Assembly (NCBI RefSeq): GCF_006345805.1
Contig: NC_042998.1
Coordinates: forward strand, 103,788,001 to 103,852,000
Direction: 5' to 3'
Length of the DNA: 64,000 bases
Source: Octopus sinensis
Lineage: Eukaryota
The notes under the pieces are model-generated. The model was not told where the DNA came from, searched no databases, and saw only the letters and a list, made by a program, of their open reading frames with translations. The position numbers were made by a program, and so were the translations under genes. Numbering within the stretch: the first letter of the stretch is position 1; every line of letters begins with the position of its first letter. Of the stretch, positions 13,831-26,830 are shown piece after piece.

Positions 13831-14399
13831 GTGACAGGGTAGCACATTCCATCGAATTGACACTGGGTCACAAATATACGAAACCCAATATTCTCTTCAT
13901 GATTATCCGTCTGATAAAGGTACACCAGACATCACAACCACAGGTGCTTGACACAGTGATTTTATATCAAGATAAACAGCACATGACCTTGCAGGTAAAG
14001 CCCTGTTAGAATTTTCTTCTAGTCGAGTAGCCCATCCCCTTCAAAAGGTCCTTGAATAAGGGTTGTTTAAAGATGTTGAACGAAACACCCATGTTTCAAA
14101 GATGAATTATTCAAACCCCAAAGAATTCCTCTTGTCATATGGCTATGATGCTCCCTCACTACTCCTGCTCGTGATCAGAGATGCACATATTGTCAGCCTC
14201 TAAGGCACATGTTCAACTGATTAAGGTCAAGCAACTGTGGTATTGAACAGAATATTTGCTGTAGCCCATCTTTTATACCAAGACAAAACAATGTACATGA
14301 TAATACTTCCAGCCAATTACGATTAGAAGCCATGAAAACCAGAACCTCCTTTGTACTGAACGTGCATCGACTCGCATCCAACTTCCCACGGAGGTTTGC

Positions 14400-14870
14400 T
14401 AAATTGTTTTGAAAGGAATGTGTTTACTTTAAACGTTTCTGCAAAATAAGAACCCTTTCCACTCGTTGAAGAGGAGTTCTGCCAAATTATGCCCTAAATG
14501 ATACCCTCTTTGTAATATATATTTCTCTTCGTCAGCTTTTTGTTTTTCTTCGGTCCGAATGGAATCATGGTGAAGAAAGCACCCATCAACAGACCCAATA
14601 AAGAGGTAGTAGGAAAATGTCCTTATATTACTAAAACCTGGCTCGAGAACAGGAAAAATTGTTATGGCTTTGTTTTCCACAACACAAGCAACGACAAGGG
14701 CAGCAATAACAAGGAGAGCGATAGTAACAACGATCACAGCAATAATAGCACCAACAAAATCAGAGGTTGCTATAAAAGAAGTAGTAGCAACAACGACAAG
14801 GATAACGACGAAATATGGTGTGGGTGATCCCGTAGGAAAACAAATGTTTGCTGGGATAGTGGAGAAATAA
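14400..14870 (+). mobile_element. Degenerate Tx1/L1-type ORF1 remnant (tentative)
   Basis: Broken frames followed by a Thr/Ala-rich low-complexity stretch (ORF 14664-14870), the same texture as 26190-26830. Confidence 0.3.
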
Positions 14871-15223
14871 GGAGAGTACTTCTCGCTATCCCTAAATGAG
14901 AAGAAGACATATATGGCAGGGGTAAAAGTTTGTGAAAATGAATGTAAGGAGAGCACATCCCAGTTGCCATCTCAATCGAAATTTTGATAACATCTGCAGA
15001 GAAGACGGTGGTGTATTGCTATGTCTCTATTAAAACTCGATAACTAGAAACACAGTCACATGTCTAGGTGGAGTGAACCCTGATATAAATATAAGCAGCT
15101 GTAGATCAGTTCACCAGCAGGGTATTTTATTCAATGATTTAACGATATTGGCAATTTACTGCTTTGACATATATAATTAAATATAAATATATAATTATCA
15201 TATATCTGTAAATATTCCCTTAC

Positions 15224-15278
15224 TGTTAGAATGTTAATTGTTTTCACTCCACCGCTTAAACATAGTTCATTCAATGTT
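15224..15278 (-). CDS. Candidate internal exon of an unidentified gene
   Basis: Acceptor tctctgctgtgtttctcag and donor aca|gtaagg. Only one frame is open: TLNELCLSGGVKTINILT (phase 2-0). Confidence 0.4.
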
Positions 15279-15589
15279 CTGAGAAACACAGCAGAGATAC
15301 TTCATTCATTTCCTGATTCAATTAAAACCTGTATTTGTTCGGCAGGCATATTGCAAACATTACAGTACCGAGTTGGTTCGTTCATGGAAATGGAATGCAT
15401 TCAAATTGTAGCACAAAAATTGGGGGTCAAGTAACGTAAGAGTGATGTTTTGTTGTTGTTGTTATGATTTATGCTGTTATTATTTAGCCTTAAGTCGGCA
15501 TTGATCGACTGTTTGACTAAATACTTACCAGTTGCGATCCCGCAGATTTATTTTGAGGTATAACGATACGTTGTCTGATGTACATTATT

Positions 15590-15830
15590 TATATTATTTA
15601 CATTTGACGGATATTTGTCCTCATCTTGTTTGTTGTTAACTCAACGTTTCGGCTGAAATACCCTCCAGCCTTCATCAGATATCTTGGGGAAATTTCGAAC
15701 CTTAGGAATGCGAACCCAGGTTCGAAATTTCCCCAAGATAGTTGATGAAGGTTGGAGGGTATTTCAGCCGAAACAGTGTGTTAACAACAAACAAGATGAG
15801 GACAAATATCCGTCAAATGTAAATAATATA
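15590..15830. mobile_element. Fold-back element with two hammerhead-ribozyme-like cores (Penelope-like, non-autonomous)
   Basis: 113-bp inverted arms (15590-15702 and 15718-15830) around a 15-nt loop. The minus arm reads CTGATGA-A-GGCTG-loop-CAGCC-GAAACGTT. The same sequence occurs as a single copy at 44357-44496. Confidence 0.75.
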
Positions 15831-16726
15831 CATAATTCCTCATCTCTTAAATATAGAACTGTACATTGTCTAATCTGTCATTTTTAAGATTCTGGGAGCG
15901 GTTATTTTAGGGTAGATATTATTCCTTTATCTAGCTGGTCAACTGACAACGTAGAGGCTTTCTTTTAATTCCTAGATCGAATTTTAATAAGAAAAGTAGT
16001 AATTTGAATGGGTTAAGTATGTTCCTTTAGAAATTTTATTAATGAGTATGCTTGGTACACACTGAATGCTTTCCGTCGAGTCTAAGAAAATAAAACAATA
16101 ACAAAGCAATTGCTCACAAAACCTATTTTCAGTATTTGAATTCATCTACTGAAAAGTACAAGGCCTTTGTAAGAAGGCAGGTTCATGAATTTATATGTTC
16201 CGAGTGTTTGTCTGCAATAACAAATACTATCTGTTCAGTTATACACGCTAAAAACGCTTCCAATGAAAATACAGAGTACAATTTAAATAGGAAATGAGAA
16301 GAAAAAAAAACAGGAAATGAAAGACTGGGAGAAAAGTTTTCTCTTTAGTGTCTTACATTTCCCAAATGGATAAACGTCACTTTTCTACGCGCTATTATTC
16401 TCATACCTTACTGACAAATTCTGCACACTAATTGAGTCTTTAGTGACAAGAACATATATTATAGATAAACTTTTGTTCACATTTCTGCATTCTCGCTTCA
16501 AGTAAATGAACTCTGTTACCACAGCTTCCTTCAGGGCTTACTTTAGTGTCGGTCTCCTGAAAACCCTTGACACAATTTAAAGAGAAGCTTGGCTTTATTC
16601 AATAACTATTACTAAAATAATCACATTAGCTGTGTCCCAATCCAACTACATAACATTCCTGTCATTTCTTCCGAACCTTTTTCATTTTTGTATTTCGTAT
16701 TGGTTTCGTTTTACATTTTACAATTA

Positions 16727-16982
16727 CAGTAATCCCTCGACTATCGCGGGTGTTACGTTGCAAAACCCCCTCGCGAGAGGTGAAAATCTGTGAAGTAGAA
16801 ACAGTAGTGTGATGTATATGTCTTCTATTATTTTTATAATTTGTATATATTTATTTCATTATATTATAAATGCAAAACAACACCACAGGGTATTCGACGT
16901 AAGCTCAAATAATAAATTGCGATAGGTGAACCGCGGTAAGTGAACCGCGATAGGTGAACCGCGCTATGGCGAGCGATTAATG
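16727..16982. mobile_element. pogo/Tigger-like MITE
   Basis: TA|CAGTAATCCCTCG..TATCGCGG left end and ccgcgctatggcgagcgattaatg|TA right end. Subterminal 14-bp repeats gcgataggtgaacc. Confidence 0.8.
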
Positions 16983-17559
16983 TATACATTTTTTTATTTT
17001 TGATATTTTAGACATACTTCATAGAAGACTTTGGGGATCCCGTAAGAAAAGAGACGAACATAAAATTGTACACATTATTACTTGTCTCGGTATCGTTATG
17101 TGTTTTACACTTCTTTTCTTCTTGTCATCCAGCTTATCAACAACCCACTAGCAACAATTTAAATGTTCACAATCCTTTGTTACCCACCAGTCGTTTAATC
17201 GTTTCTTCATAAATATCCTTATATCTACTCACTTATCAATTTTTCGTAAAAATTATGAAGACGCCTATGAGGGAGTCGGCTTTAGAATATGCTCAGGTTT
17301 CTTTCTCTGTCTCTCTGTTCCTCACTTACTCTCTCTCTCTCCCTATTTCTCTCTCTCTCGCTCTTCGGTATCTCCTACTGTGGAAGGCTTAGTAGCCAGA
17401 AACACGTCTGAAAGTCCCTGAGGGGGAGACACTGAGCAAATATGGTATTTTTACCCCATTGGCCATCAGCGAGAAAATTGTTCCCACGGCTACTGCACTG
17501 AATTTGCCTTTAGAATTTAAAATATTTCACTAACACATTTTAACAAACGGAAAGTATAT

Positions 17560-17626
<67 letters not shown>

Positions 17627-17646
17627 ATATGAAATTTGTAACAACT

Positions 17647-17680
<34 letters not shown>

Positions 17681-17833
17681 CACATTATATGTATATATAA
17701 ATCAGCAATGTAATTAGCAACACATCTTAATTCCTCCCTTTGTTTTCATATATATTGTTAATGTTATACACATTGTGTGACTAATGTCTGGATGTTATTT
17801 TTACATGAAATATCTATGAAGTTGTTGTTGTTG

Positions 17834-18058
17834 AGGCAGCGAGTTAGCAAATTCGTTAGCACGTTGGGCAAAATGCTTAGCGGCACTTCGTCCGTTTTCA
17901 TATTATGAGTTGAACCTCCGCCGAAGTCGGCTTTTCTCTTCATCTTTTCGGGGTCGATAAAATAGATACCAGTTGAGAGTGTAATCATCTTCCACGCTGC
18001 CCACCCGAAATTGCTGGATCTTACCAAAATTTGAAATCGTTATTATTATTATTATTAT
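17834..18058 (+). mobile_element. SINE family B copy ending in a (TTA)n tail
   Basis: Decayed head ggcagcgagttagcaaa and body, then a (TTA)n tail at 18040-18058. Confidence 0.8.
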
Positions 18059-19544
18059 TTTTTTTTTCTTCTTTCAAATTTGCTTCCATTTCTTGCCGAG
18101 TGTCTTCCCGACTCCTAGGGCAAAGAAACTCATAGTATACATTGGTAGGCCATTAAACCAAACTCAATAGTTCGTTCATTTTTTTTTTTTTTTAAGTAAA
18201 TTAAAATACATGAGCAGCAACAGTTCTCACATCGACAATGCTCTTCTCAATACGTGTGATGTACCAGTTAAGACAATCTTTTGCACTTCTTGCAGGGATG
18301 GTAAGCCAGGGATCATTCTCATATAATTTTCGGTTCCCTTCTTGATCATTCCTAGTGCTCCTACGATCACTGGTATTGTAACCGCCTTGAGATGCCACAT
18401 TTTCTCAATTTCAATGAGTAGGTCTTTATATTTTCTGAGCTTGTCAAACTCTTTCGCTGAGATATTATGATCACAGGGGATGCTCATGTCGATCAATAAG
18501 CAAACTTTATTGTTTTGGTCTTTCACAACAATATCTGGTTTATTGGCCTTGATGGCTCGGTCTGTATGTACTGGAAAGTCCCACAGAATCGTTACATTTT
18601 CTCCTTCAGTTACAGCCTCAGGGTGGTGATTATACCACTTGTCGGCAGTTTTGATATTGTAATGCTGACTTATTAGCCAGTGGAGATATTGGCCAACTCT
18701 GTCATGTCTTAATTTATACTCCACTGGTGCTAAGACTTTACATCCAGAGATTAGGTGGTCCACTGTTTCAATCATGTCGTTGCAGAATCGGCATTTTGGG
18801 TCTGCTCCATTTTTCATCACATTGGCCTGGTAGTTCCGGGTTAATAGGCTTTGATCTTGAGCAGCCAGGATGAAACCTTCGCTCTCTGCTTTTAGCCCTG
18901 AGCTCCGTAGCCACTGATGGGTTTGCTTCTGATCAACATCAGCTTGTTTGCTGCGGGTCACATATTTGCCGTGCAGAGGTTTCTCCTCCCACCTATCAGC
19001 CAATTGCTTGTGCGCTTTTTTCATTGCCATCATTTTCACCTTCTTTGCAACAATAGTTGCCGTACTTCCCTCGGGTTGTTCAGTTTGGGTATCCTGCACG
19101 AGATCAATAGCAAATTTTTTGCTTTCCTTTATGATAGAATGAAGCTTCTTTCGTCTCTCGTGATTTTCCACGAGCTTTAACATCCAGTCATTCGATATTT
19201 CGAGATATTTGGCCAGTCCAATTGTGGTTGTTTTGTAAGCTAGTTCAAATTGGATCAGGCCTCGACCTCCTTGGGCTCTGGGAAGGTAAAGGCGATCTAC
19301 GTCTACCTTTGGGTGGTGCATCCTATTACAACTCAGCAGCTTGCGTATTTTCCTATCTATATTCTTTACTTCACTCATATTCCAGTTCAACACATTGTAG
19401 CTATAAGTAACAACTGGAACGGCTAAGGAATTTATAGCTAACACCTTGTTACGTGCATTTAGTTCAGATTTCAGGACTGCACGAACTCTCCTATAACATT
19501 CCTTCAGATTTCAGGACTGCACGAACTCTCCTATAACATTCCTT
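18059..19544 (-). mobile_element. 5'-truncated R4/Dong-clade non-LTR retrotransposon
   Basis: Intact C-terminal ORF, a ~170-nt 3'UTR ending in an A-rich/(TAA)n tail, and (TTA)n tracts on both sides. Confidence 0.9.
18227..19444 (-). CDS. Retrotransposon ORF C-terminus: RT thumb region, CCHC zinc knuckle and restriction-like endonuclease (PD-(D/E)xK)
   Basis: 405-aa uninterrupted ORF with CRFC..ETVDHLISGC, RHDRV, WDFPVHTD..ANKPDIV, LIDMSIP and KLRKY, which are diagnostic of R2/R4-group endonucleases. The RT catalytic core is absent. Confidence 0.92.
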   Translation of the reverse strand: MLAINSLAVPVVTYSYNVLNWNMSEVKNIDRKIRKLLSCNRMHHPKVDVDRLYLPRAQGGRGLIQFELAYKTTTIGLAKYLEISNDWMLKLVENHERRKKLHSIIKESKKFAIDLVQDTQTEQPEGSTATIVAKKVKMMAMKKAHKQLADRWEEKPLHGKYVTRSKQADVDQKQTHQWLRSSGLKAESEGFILAAQDQSLLTRNYQANVMKNGADPKCRFCNDMIETVDHLISGCKVLAPVEYKLRHDRVGQYLHWLISQHYNIKTADKWYNHHPEAVTEGENVTILWDFPVHTDRAIKANKPDIVVKDQNNKVCLLIDMSIPCDHNISAKEFDKLRKYKDLLIEIEKMWHLKAVTIPVIVGALGMIKKGTENYMRMIPGLPSLQEVQKIVLTGTSHVLRRALSM

Positions 19545-19581
19545 TATTATTATTATATTATTATTATTATTATTATTATTA

Positions 19582-19647
<66 letters not shown>

Positions 19648-19648
19648 C

Positions 19649-19682
<34 letters not shown>

Positions 19683-19801
19683 TTGTTATTATTGCTATTA
19701 TTATTATTATTAGTGTTGTTGTTGTTGCTGTTGTTGTTGTTGTTGTTGTTGTTGTTATTATTATTATTATTATTATTGTTATTATTATTATTATTATTAT
19801 A
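19545..19801. repeat. Compound (TTA)n/(TAG)n/(TTG)n microsatellite
   Basis: Direct inspection. Confidence 0.95.
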
Positions 19802-19998
19802 GTAAGCACGCTGGACGAAATGCTTAGCGGTATTTCGCCCGTTGCTACATTCTGAGTTCAATTTCCACCGAGGTCGACTTTGCCTTTCATCCTTTCGTGG
19901 TCGATTAAATAAGTACAAGTTACGCACTGGGGTCGATCTAACCGACTATCCCCCTCTCACAAATTTCAGGTCTTGTGCCTATAGTAAGAAAAAATTAT
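19802..19998 (+). mobile_element. SINE family B copy
   Basis: gcacgctggacgaaatgcttagcggtatttcg..gagttcaa..gtcgactttgcctttcatcc..cttgtgcctatagtaag. Confidence 0.85.
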
Positions 19999-20799
19999 TG
20001 TGAGAAAATATGCCTTCTTGTATTTAGTTTTTAAAATGTTTAGACTCTGTTGAACGTTTCTTTGCTGTCTGAGTTAGAATGTAACCACGGTTGAGTTTGT
20101 ATTTCATTCCGACCCAGGTTCGATAGAAAAAATAAAATAAAACTCCAGACATGCGTAAGGGTCAATTGAATCGACTATATTTCATCTCCTAAAATTTATG
20201 ACCTTCTGCCAGTGTCAGAAAACATTATTGTTATAATTATATCACACGCTAGAATAGTTTGGAAAGAAATCTGAATCATTTGTGAATTATTTTTTTGAAA
20301 ACTATATTTGTTCACAAAAAAAAAAAAAAAATGTAACATGAACATCAGAGCAATAAATCAATATATACTAAAGTAATATTGTCCATGGGATTTTGTCATT
20401 AATCATGTGTTAAATAGTAGAAGAAACTGTTAAGGCTATAATCGATCATTTGTTCTGAATTTAATAATGATTTCTAACGTAGGTAGAGAAACGTATGAGC
20501 GTTGAATAAAATGTCGCATGGCATTTATTTCTACTCTCTGGACTCTGAATTCAAATCATGCTCAGATCAACTTTGCTTTCATGCTTTCGTGGTCAGTAAA
20601 TAAGTGCTAATCTGTTCTTCCCACTGTTCTTTCGGAACTACCGAGGCTGACTTTTGCCTGCCATCCCTTTTGCAGTCTATAAGACAAAAAAGAAGTCAAA
20701 TGCTACTAGAGTCGATATACTCGACCAACCCACAACCGGCAAACTTGTGCACTGTGCATCTTTTACAAATAACTGGTATCATTATCATAGGCCTCTCTA

Positions 20800-21018
20800 G
20801 ATCTGTGAGCTGACAATCCTTAAATAGTGGGGCAAAATAATTAACGGCATTTCGTCCGTCATTACTTCTAAATTCAAATTGCACCGTGGTCGACTTTGCT
20901 TTTCGTCTTTTCTAAGTCGACTACATAAGTACCAGTAGATCACCAGGGTCGATGTAATCGACTTGTCACTTCTCCCAGAACGTGCTGGTCTTGTGCCAAA
21001 CATATGAAACCATTATTA
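20800..21018 (+). mobile_element. SINE family B copy, decayed
   Basis: Body motifs gtcgactttgc..gtcgatgtaatcgac..cttgtgccaaa with an attattat tail. Confidence 0.75.
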
Positions 21019-21059
21019 TGGACCTATTTTTATGCACATAGTATTTTTTTTTCTGTTGC

Positions 21060-21495
<436 letters not shown>

Positions 21496-21507
21496 TAAAT
21501 GTGTGAC

Positions 21508-21625
21508 GCTTACAGCACCTAGGTTTCCCAAGCGGTCACCCATCTAAGTACTAACTAGGCTCGACGTTGCTTAACTTCGGTGATCGGACGAGAACCGGTG
21601 CTTTCAACGTGATGTAGCCATAAGC
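21508..21625 (-). rRNA. Dispersed 5S rRNA copy, probably a pseudogene
   Basis: 118-nt minus-strand read gcttatggctacatcacgttgaaagcaccggttctcgtccgatcaccgaagttaagcaacgtcgagcctagttagtacttagatgggtgaccgcttgggaaacctaggtgctgtaagc is collinear with invertebrate 5S rRNA. It has several substitutions, no oligo-T terminator and is not in an array. Confidence 0.92.
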
Positions 21626-22751
21626 TGTGAAGTATAAATTTATTGAGTTCTAACACAAATTGTTGGTACCACCAACTATGACTAAACTTAATGTACACAC
21701 ATAAAGCTATAAATATTGGGTTGAAAATACACCTTCAACAGAAAAATTCCAAGGCTGCCTGTGGAACTTGAAACCCCCATTTCTTGTAGACGTGATAGGA
21801 GTTTTACCATTGCACAAAAGCAATCTTTCAAACTTCTTTAACCGTTATAGAAAATCATTCCTTCCAGGGAGAATTGAATGATGTTGACATCAGAAGAATT
21901 TTATAAACTTTTGAGAGAACGAAAACAAACAATTTGAGGGTATCTCGAAGCACACACATAAAACTATAAATAACATACAATTCTCGCTGGTAAGAATAAC
22001 ATTTCTTAAAAGGAGGGAGAAAATCGAAAGCCTGCTTTGTTAGAATTGTAGCACGCTTGTCATGTCTGCAAGAAATGTGGACTCGAACCCCAGTGGCAAT
22101 CATCGAATTTCTCTATACGCGAGTTTTCTTTCTTTTACTAATAATTGTATACTTATTTATAACACTAAGTGTGTGTTTGGAGATATTCCGAAGAATTGGT
22201 TCACCTTCACTCGAAAGTTTATAAAATTGTTATGGCGTCAACAATATATGTGTGTGTGTATGTGTGAGTGTGTATGTGTGCGCGTATACATATATAAATA
22301 TGCATGCATTCATTTTGCCAAGTCTCTGTAAATTTATTTAATTCTATTTTTTTTTTGACCTTACCACTTACTACCTTGAATGAAATTAGCATGTATCTAG
22401 TGGTTAATTATGGCATATCACATATCTATAATAAAAGAATTTAATATGAGTATTTTAATAAATACATTTTAGTACGTCTAATCAACTGGTTTTCTTTTAA
22501 ATTGTAAAAATTCTATATATTTAATTCTAGGTTGCAGTGAGTATGCTGAGAACAGAATTGGTAACAATGTGGCCATGGTAAAGTGATATTAACCATTAAT
22601 TATCGACTTCATTTAATGGTTTTATCAGCATGATCATGATAATTAGCACCAGCAGTAGCGCAACACAATCACTAATAACACCACTATGTGCCAGAGAAGG
22701 AAGCCTTCCGTGGTTGCCTAATGTGCCAGAAATAGCAGCTAAAAAACTTAC

Positions 22752-22807
22752 TTAAAATTACTTCTGCGTCTCTTGGAACGATACTGGATAATGAGATTTT
22801 GAGTATA
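22752..22807 (-). CDS. Candidate internal exon of an unidentified gene
   Basis: Acceptor cattctttcttgccacag and donor taa|gtaagt. Two frames are open (ILKISLSSIVPRDAEVIL or YTQNLIIQYRSKRRRSNF). Confidence 0.35.
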
Positions 22808-23783
22808 CTGTGGCAAGAAAGAATGTCGGGATGATCGCAAAGAGCGCTTCTACCACATCGGTTGACATGCAAGAAATAGCAGGGAACTTTCCTTTAATTC
22901 ACTACTGTCTTGAAATTGAAAACACACTAGATAATATAGTCCTAGTTATCAGATGGTCACGTCTAGAACGTCATTGATCATATGTATGCTCAGTCGAGCA
23001 GCTAAACAGTAATATTACCGCTAGCATTGCAACTAGTTGAGATTAGGGACGCCTTTCATGGATAGCAAATTAGCAGTTTCCCTTTCTTTCAGTTTACCAA
23101 AGTACTCCTATGAAATATTATCCCATTATCTCCTTCTCTACTCCTTCTCTGTCTTAATTTTTTGTTCTACCATTTGAAAAAAATATATTAAGGCATTCAC
23201 TTCCAAGAAATTAATGTGTGATTTGGGTGAGTTCTGGCTGCTATTCCTGGTAAGTCGAGGGACCACGTAAAGTATCCGTCTTGTTAGTGGTTGTGTTGTG
23301 CTACTGCTGGTGCTAACTTGATTCGTACCTTTGATATGGTTGTGTAAAACTCTCAAGAGAACGATCACTACAGGTATACATTCCTGCTTTGGAAACAAAC
23401 TTTCCTCACCAATGCTACAGCAATCCACCCAAAACAAGTGTTGAAGAAAACTAACTGGAATTATATTTCGTGTATTTGAATTATTGAATCATATATGTCA
23501 TATAAACAACATTCTGAAAGAAAATTATCTCCACCATTTTTTTTGTCATATTTTTTGAACAAATGTTGTTCAACTTCAGGATAACTGAATTTGAAGAAAA
23601 CTATAGTTAAATCTCATTATTTTCCTGGATTACACTATACAGTTTGTCCATCCTTTTATTGCGAGCAGGATGGGTTTTGAAGGAAATTTGCTTGCTTTTC
23701 TCTTCTATGCTGGTTACCCGCCTAAGACCTTTGTCATTTGAAGTCAATAATAAATGTGAAAATGTGAGGTTATGAAAATATTT

Positions 23784-24178
23784 GAAGGAGTGGCTGTGTG
23801 GTAAGAAACTTGCTTACCAACCACATGGTTCCGGGTTCATTCCCACTGTGTGGCACCTTGGGTAAGTGTCTTCTACTATAGCCTCGGGCCGACCAAAGCC
23901 TTGTGAGTCGATTTGGTAGACGGAAATTTAAAGAAGACCGTCGTATATATGTATATGTATGTGTATGTGTGTGTATGTTTGTGTGTATGTGCTTGTCCCC
24001 CAACAACCGATGCTGGTGTGTTTACGTCCCCGTAACTTAGCGGTCCGGCAAAAGAGACCGATAGAATATGTACTAGGCTTCCAAAAAATAAGTCCTGGCG
24101 TCACTTTTCTCGACTAAAGGCGGTGCTCTAGCATGGCCACAGTCAAATAACTGAAACAAGTAAAAGAGTAAAAGAGAG
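23784..24178 (+). mobile_element. SINE family A, full length
   Basis: A-box tggctgtgtgg, B-box-like ggttcattccc, central (TA)/(TG) run and tail ggtgctctagcatggccacagtcaaataactgaaacaagtaaaagagtaaaaga. Confidence 0.9.
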
Positions 24179-25329
24179 TAAGCATAAAATATAAAGTATC
24201 TCTTATTGTTGAAAATATTCTTTTATGAATGACATATAAGATAATATTCGCTGTTTATTGATTTCAAATTTAATGTTCGTTAATTATTGAAATCGTGTTA
24301 TTGAAATCGTGACAATGTTAGTATAGGAAAACAATGCTTTCTATTTGAGACCCAAACAACCATGAAAGTAATGCTCAGATGTAATTCTACAATCCTAAAC
24401 TTAATATATGGAACAGGACATCTATAGAAACAGCATCTTAAATTTGATACAAAACTGCTATATATTTTAAATTAGATTTGAAAGGAATATGTTGATATCA
24501 TGTAGTAAAGGCCTATGATTAAGAAGGAGTAATTAGTGGTTACCTGGTGTGATTTTACTTAGAATTGAGCGACTTTATAAGGTTCCAGCTTAGAAATTAC
24601 GAAGTGTCACCGAGCGAGCCAACAAGAAAAATTCTCTTGTGTCACTTAACCAGCTAGAAATAGCAACTAAATTTTCTTCAAATCATACCCACTTTTTAAC
24701 CAAATAACATATAAAAATAAGTACATATTAACATAATGGAAACGTAGATATTCTGACATGGAACCAAAATATAATAACACTAAGTTGAAGAATAAATAGT
24801 GTTATTCTCGAGTTATTATTCAAGTCGGAAAACACTACCAAAAACAATGCAAATACCCAAAACATTACATATTTATAACTATAGTCTGTTAACTAAAATG
24901 TACCCCTACACTTATAGTTTAACATTTCTCCATTAGATCATATATAAATCAGAGTTATTACACATCAGAAAATAGACAAAGTATTTGTTGTATATATTAA
25001 TATTATTACCAAGTATAATTTATGGAAGAAAGGAAGCAGAATCAGATACTGCGTGAATTTCATTAGTAATTTCCCTTTCTGTAACTCAAGAATCTCTACG
25101 GGGAAAAGCAAAACAACTATCAATAACAGCATTAGTTCTCACTACACACCAGGAATAACCAAGAGGCTGCTGCTCTCCCTTGTACTGCAACACAGAAGTA
25201 ATATTGCACAGAGACGACGACATCACACGCAGCTACTGCTTATGCTGCAGCCATAGAAACAATGAAATTACAGTTTCGAGTGAATGGGTTGCTGCTGAAA
25301 AATAGTATCACGAAAAAGTTTCCTCCTAC

Positions 25330-25345
25330 TCCTACTACTACTACT

Positions 25346-25418
<73 letters not shown>

Positions 25419-25429
25419 TAATAATAATA

Positions 25430-25479
<50 letters not shown>

Positions 25480-25562
25480 TATAATAATAATAATAATATA
25501 ATAATAATAATAATAATAATAATATAATAATAATAATAATAATATAATAATAATAATAATAA

Positions 25563-25611
<49 letters not shown>

Positions 25612-25692
25612 TAATAATAATAAGAAGAAGAAGAAGAAGAAGAGAAGAAGAAGAAGAAAAAGAAGAAGAAGAAGAAGAAGAAGAAGAAGAAT
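25330..25692. repeat. Long compound (CTA)n/(TAA)n/(GAA)n microsatellite
   Basis: About 275 bp of interrupted TAA followed by ~70 bp of GAA. Confidence 0.95.
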
Positions 25693-26189
25693 CCATACGC
25701 TCATAAAAATGCTTACACGTACATCAGAACGCATGAATGTACAATCACACGCATACATAAACACGCGTACACACACATACACACACACACATTATCTTTC
25801 AATATCTCACCCCCTCCCTCTCTCATATTCTTATTCACTCCCATACAACTACATAGATATATGATCTAAAACTAAGAAACAGGTAGTATTGAAGTTGATC
25901 GCGAAGGGTGATGAAAGGGCTTAAATTAAACCAGTGCGTGAGTTCATTATTTGCATATGACCCTCCCGACGTACAGTTACTAGCCTAAAGGAACTTCTGC
26001 TCCGTTACTGTTCACATCCATGGCCAACAGCTTACATTCTGGTTAAGAGGTCCCTCCCTTTGCACTTCCTAACTAGTTTTGGTTGGCATGAGTTCTCTTT
26101 TCCGTCACATTCGCAATACAACAAACGGAGAGAGGCATAATTTAGTTGTTGTTATTTGGAGGCTTTCAATTGCCGTTGCTAGTGTGATG

Positions 26190-26830
26190 TGGTGACTCTT
26201 GAGGATGGAGTTTCTTTCGCTCTTTTTGTTACTGTTGTTTTCATCATTAGTGCGCTTTCCGTTACCATTGCTGCTGGTGCTACTGGTGTTGCTGTTACTG
26301 CTGCCTTCGCGGCCACTAATGTTAGTTTAACAGTTGCTATCACTTTTTGGCTCATAGGATTGCACTCTGCCGTTGATGCTGCCGTTGCTTATGCTGTTGG
26401 TGTTGTTGTTGTTGTGCTGAAAGTGTCGGTAGGAGTAGGATATTTTGTTTGTCTTACTTTGCTATAGACAGAAACCCACCAAATGATACCTTATAAGTCC
26501 ACCTTCAACGGTCACGAACATTTTCGTGCATCCTGGCATATTAACCAATAAGGGTTATTCCACATTTTGTTCAGTAGTTCTAACTCTTTTAATTTGTCGT
26601 GCCTCTGGTCTTGTAAAATGTTAGTTTTGTCTTTCATGTGGAAAAGAAGCAACGCCACAAACGAGTAATATTTATTTCAAGAGGCATATCATTAACACAT
26701 CGTCAGTGTTTATCCTTTCTACTCTAGGGACCGTGACTATTAACGTTGTTATATAGTGCTTTATACTCTGCTTGGAATCTCTCATCTCTGTGCCTTATCT
26801 TCTCTGCTTTTGACATAAGTCTTGGTGGAT
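26190..26830 (-). mobile_element. Degenerate Tx1/L1-type ORF1 remnant
   Basis: Minus-strand fragments VNDMPLEINITRLW and MFVTVEGG (cf. the VxVEGR segment preceding a zinc knuckle), then a Thr/Ala-rich tail. Judged by eye. Confidence 0.4.

Noticed and set aside
13397-13863. Poly-F, poly-E and poly-K ORFs
   Set aside because: Three readings of one (TTC)n tract; no splice or codon evidence.
14429-14956. 175-aa minus-strand ORF with a hydrophobic, membrane-like stretch
   Set aside because: Antisense of an ACA/GCA-rich low-complexity tract, probably a LINE ORF1 relic.
26189-26467. 92-aa Ala/Val-rich ORF resembling a membrane protein
   Set aside because: Antisense shadow of a Thr/Ala-rich LINE ORF1 tail.
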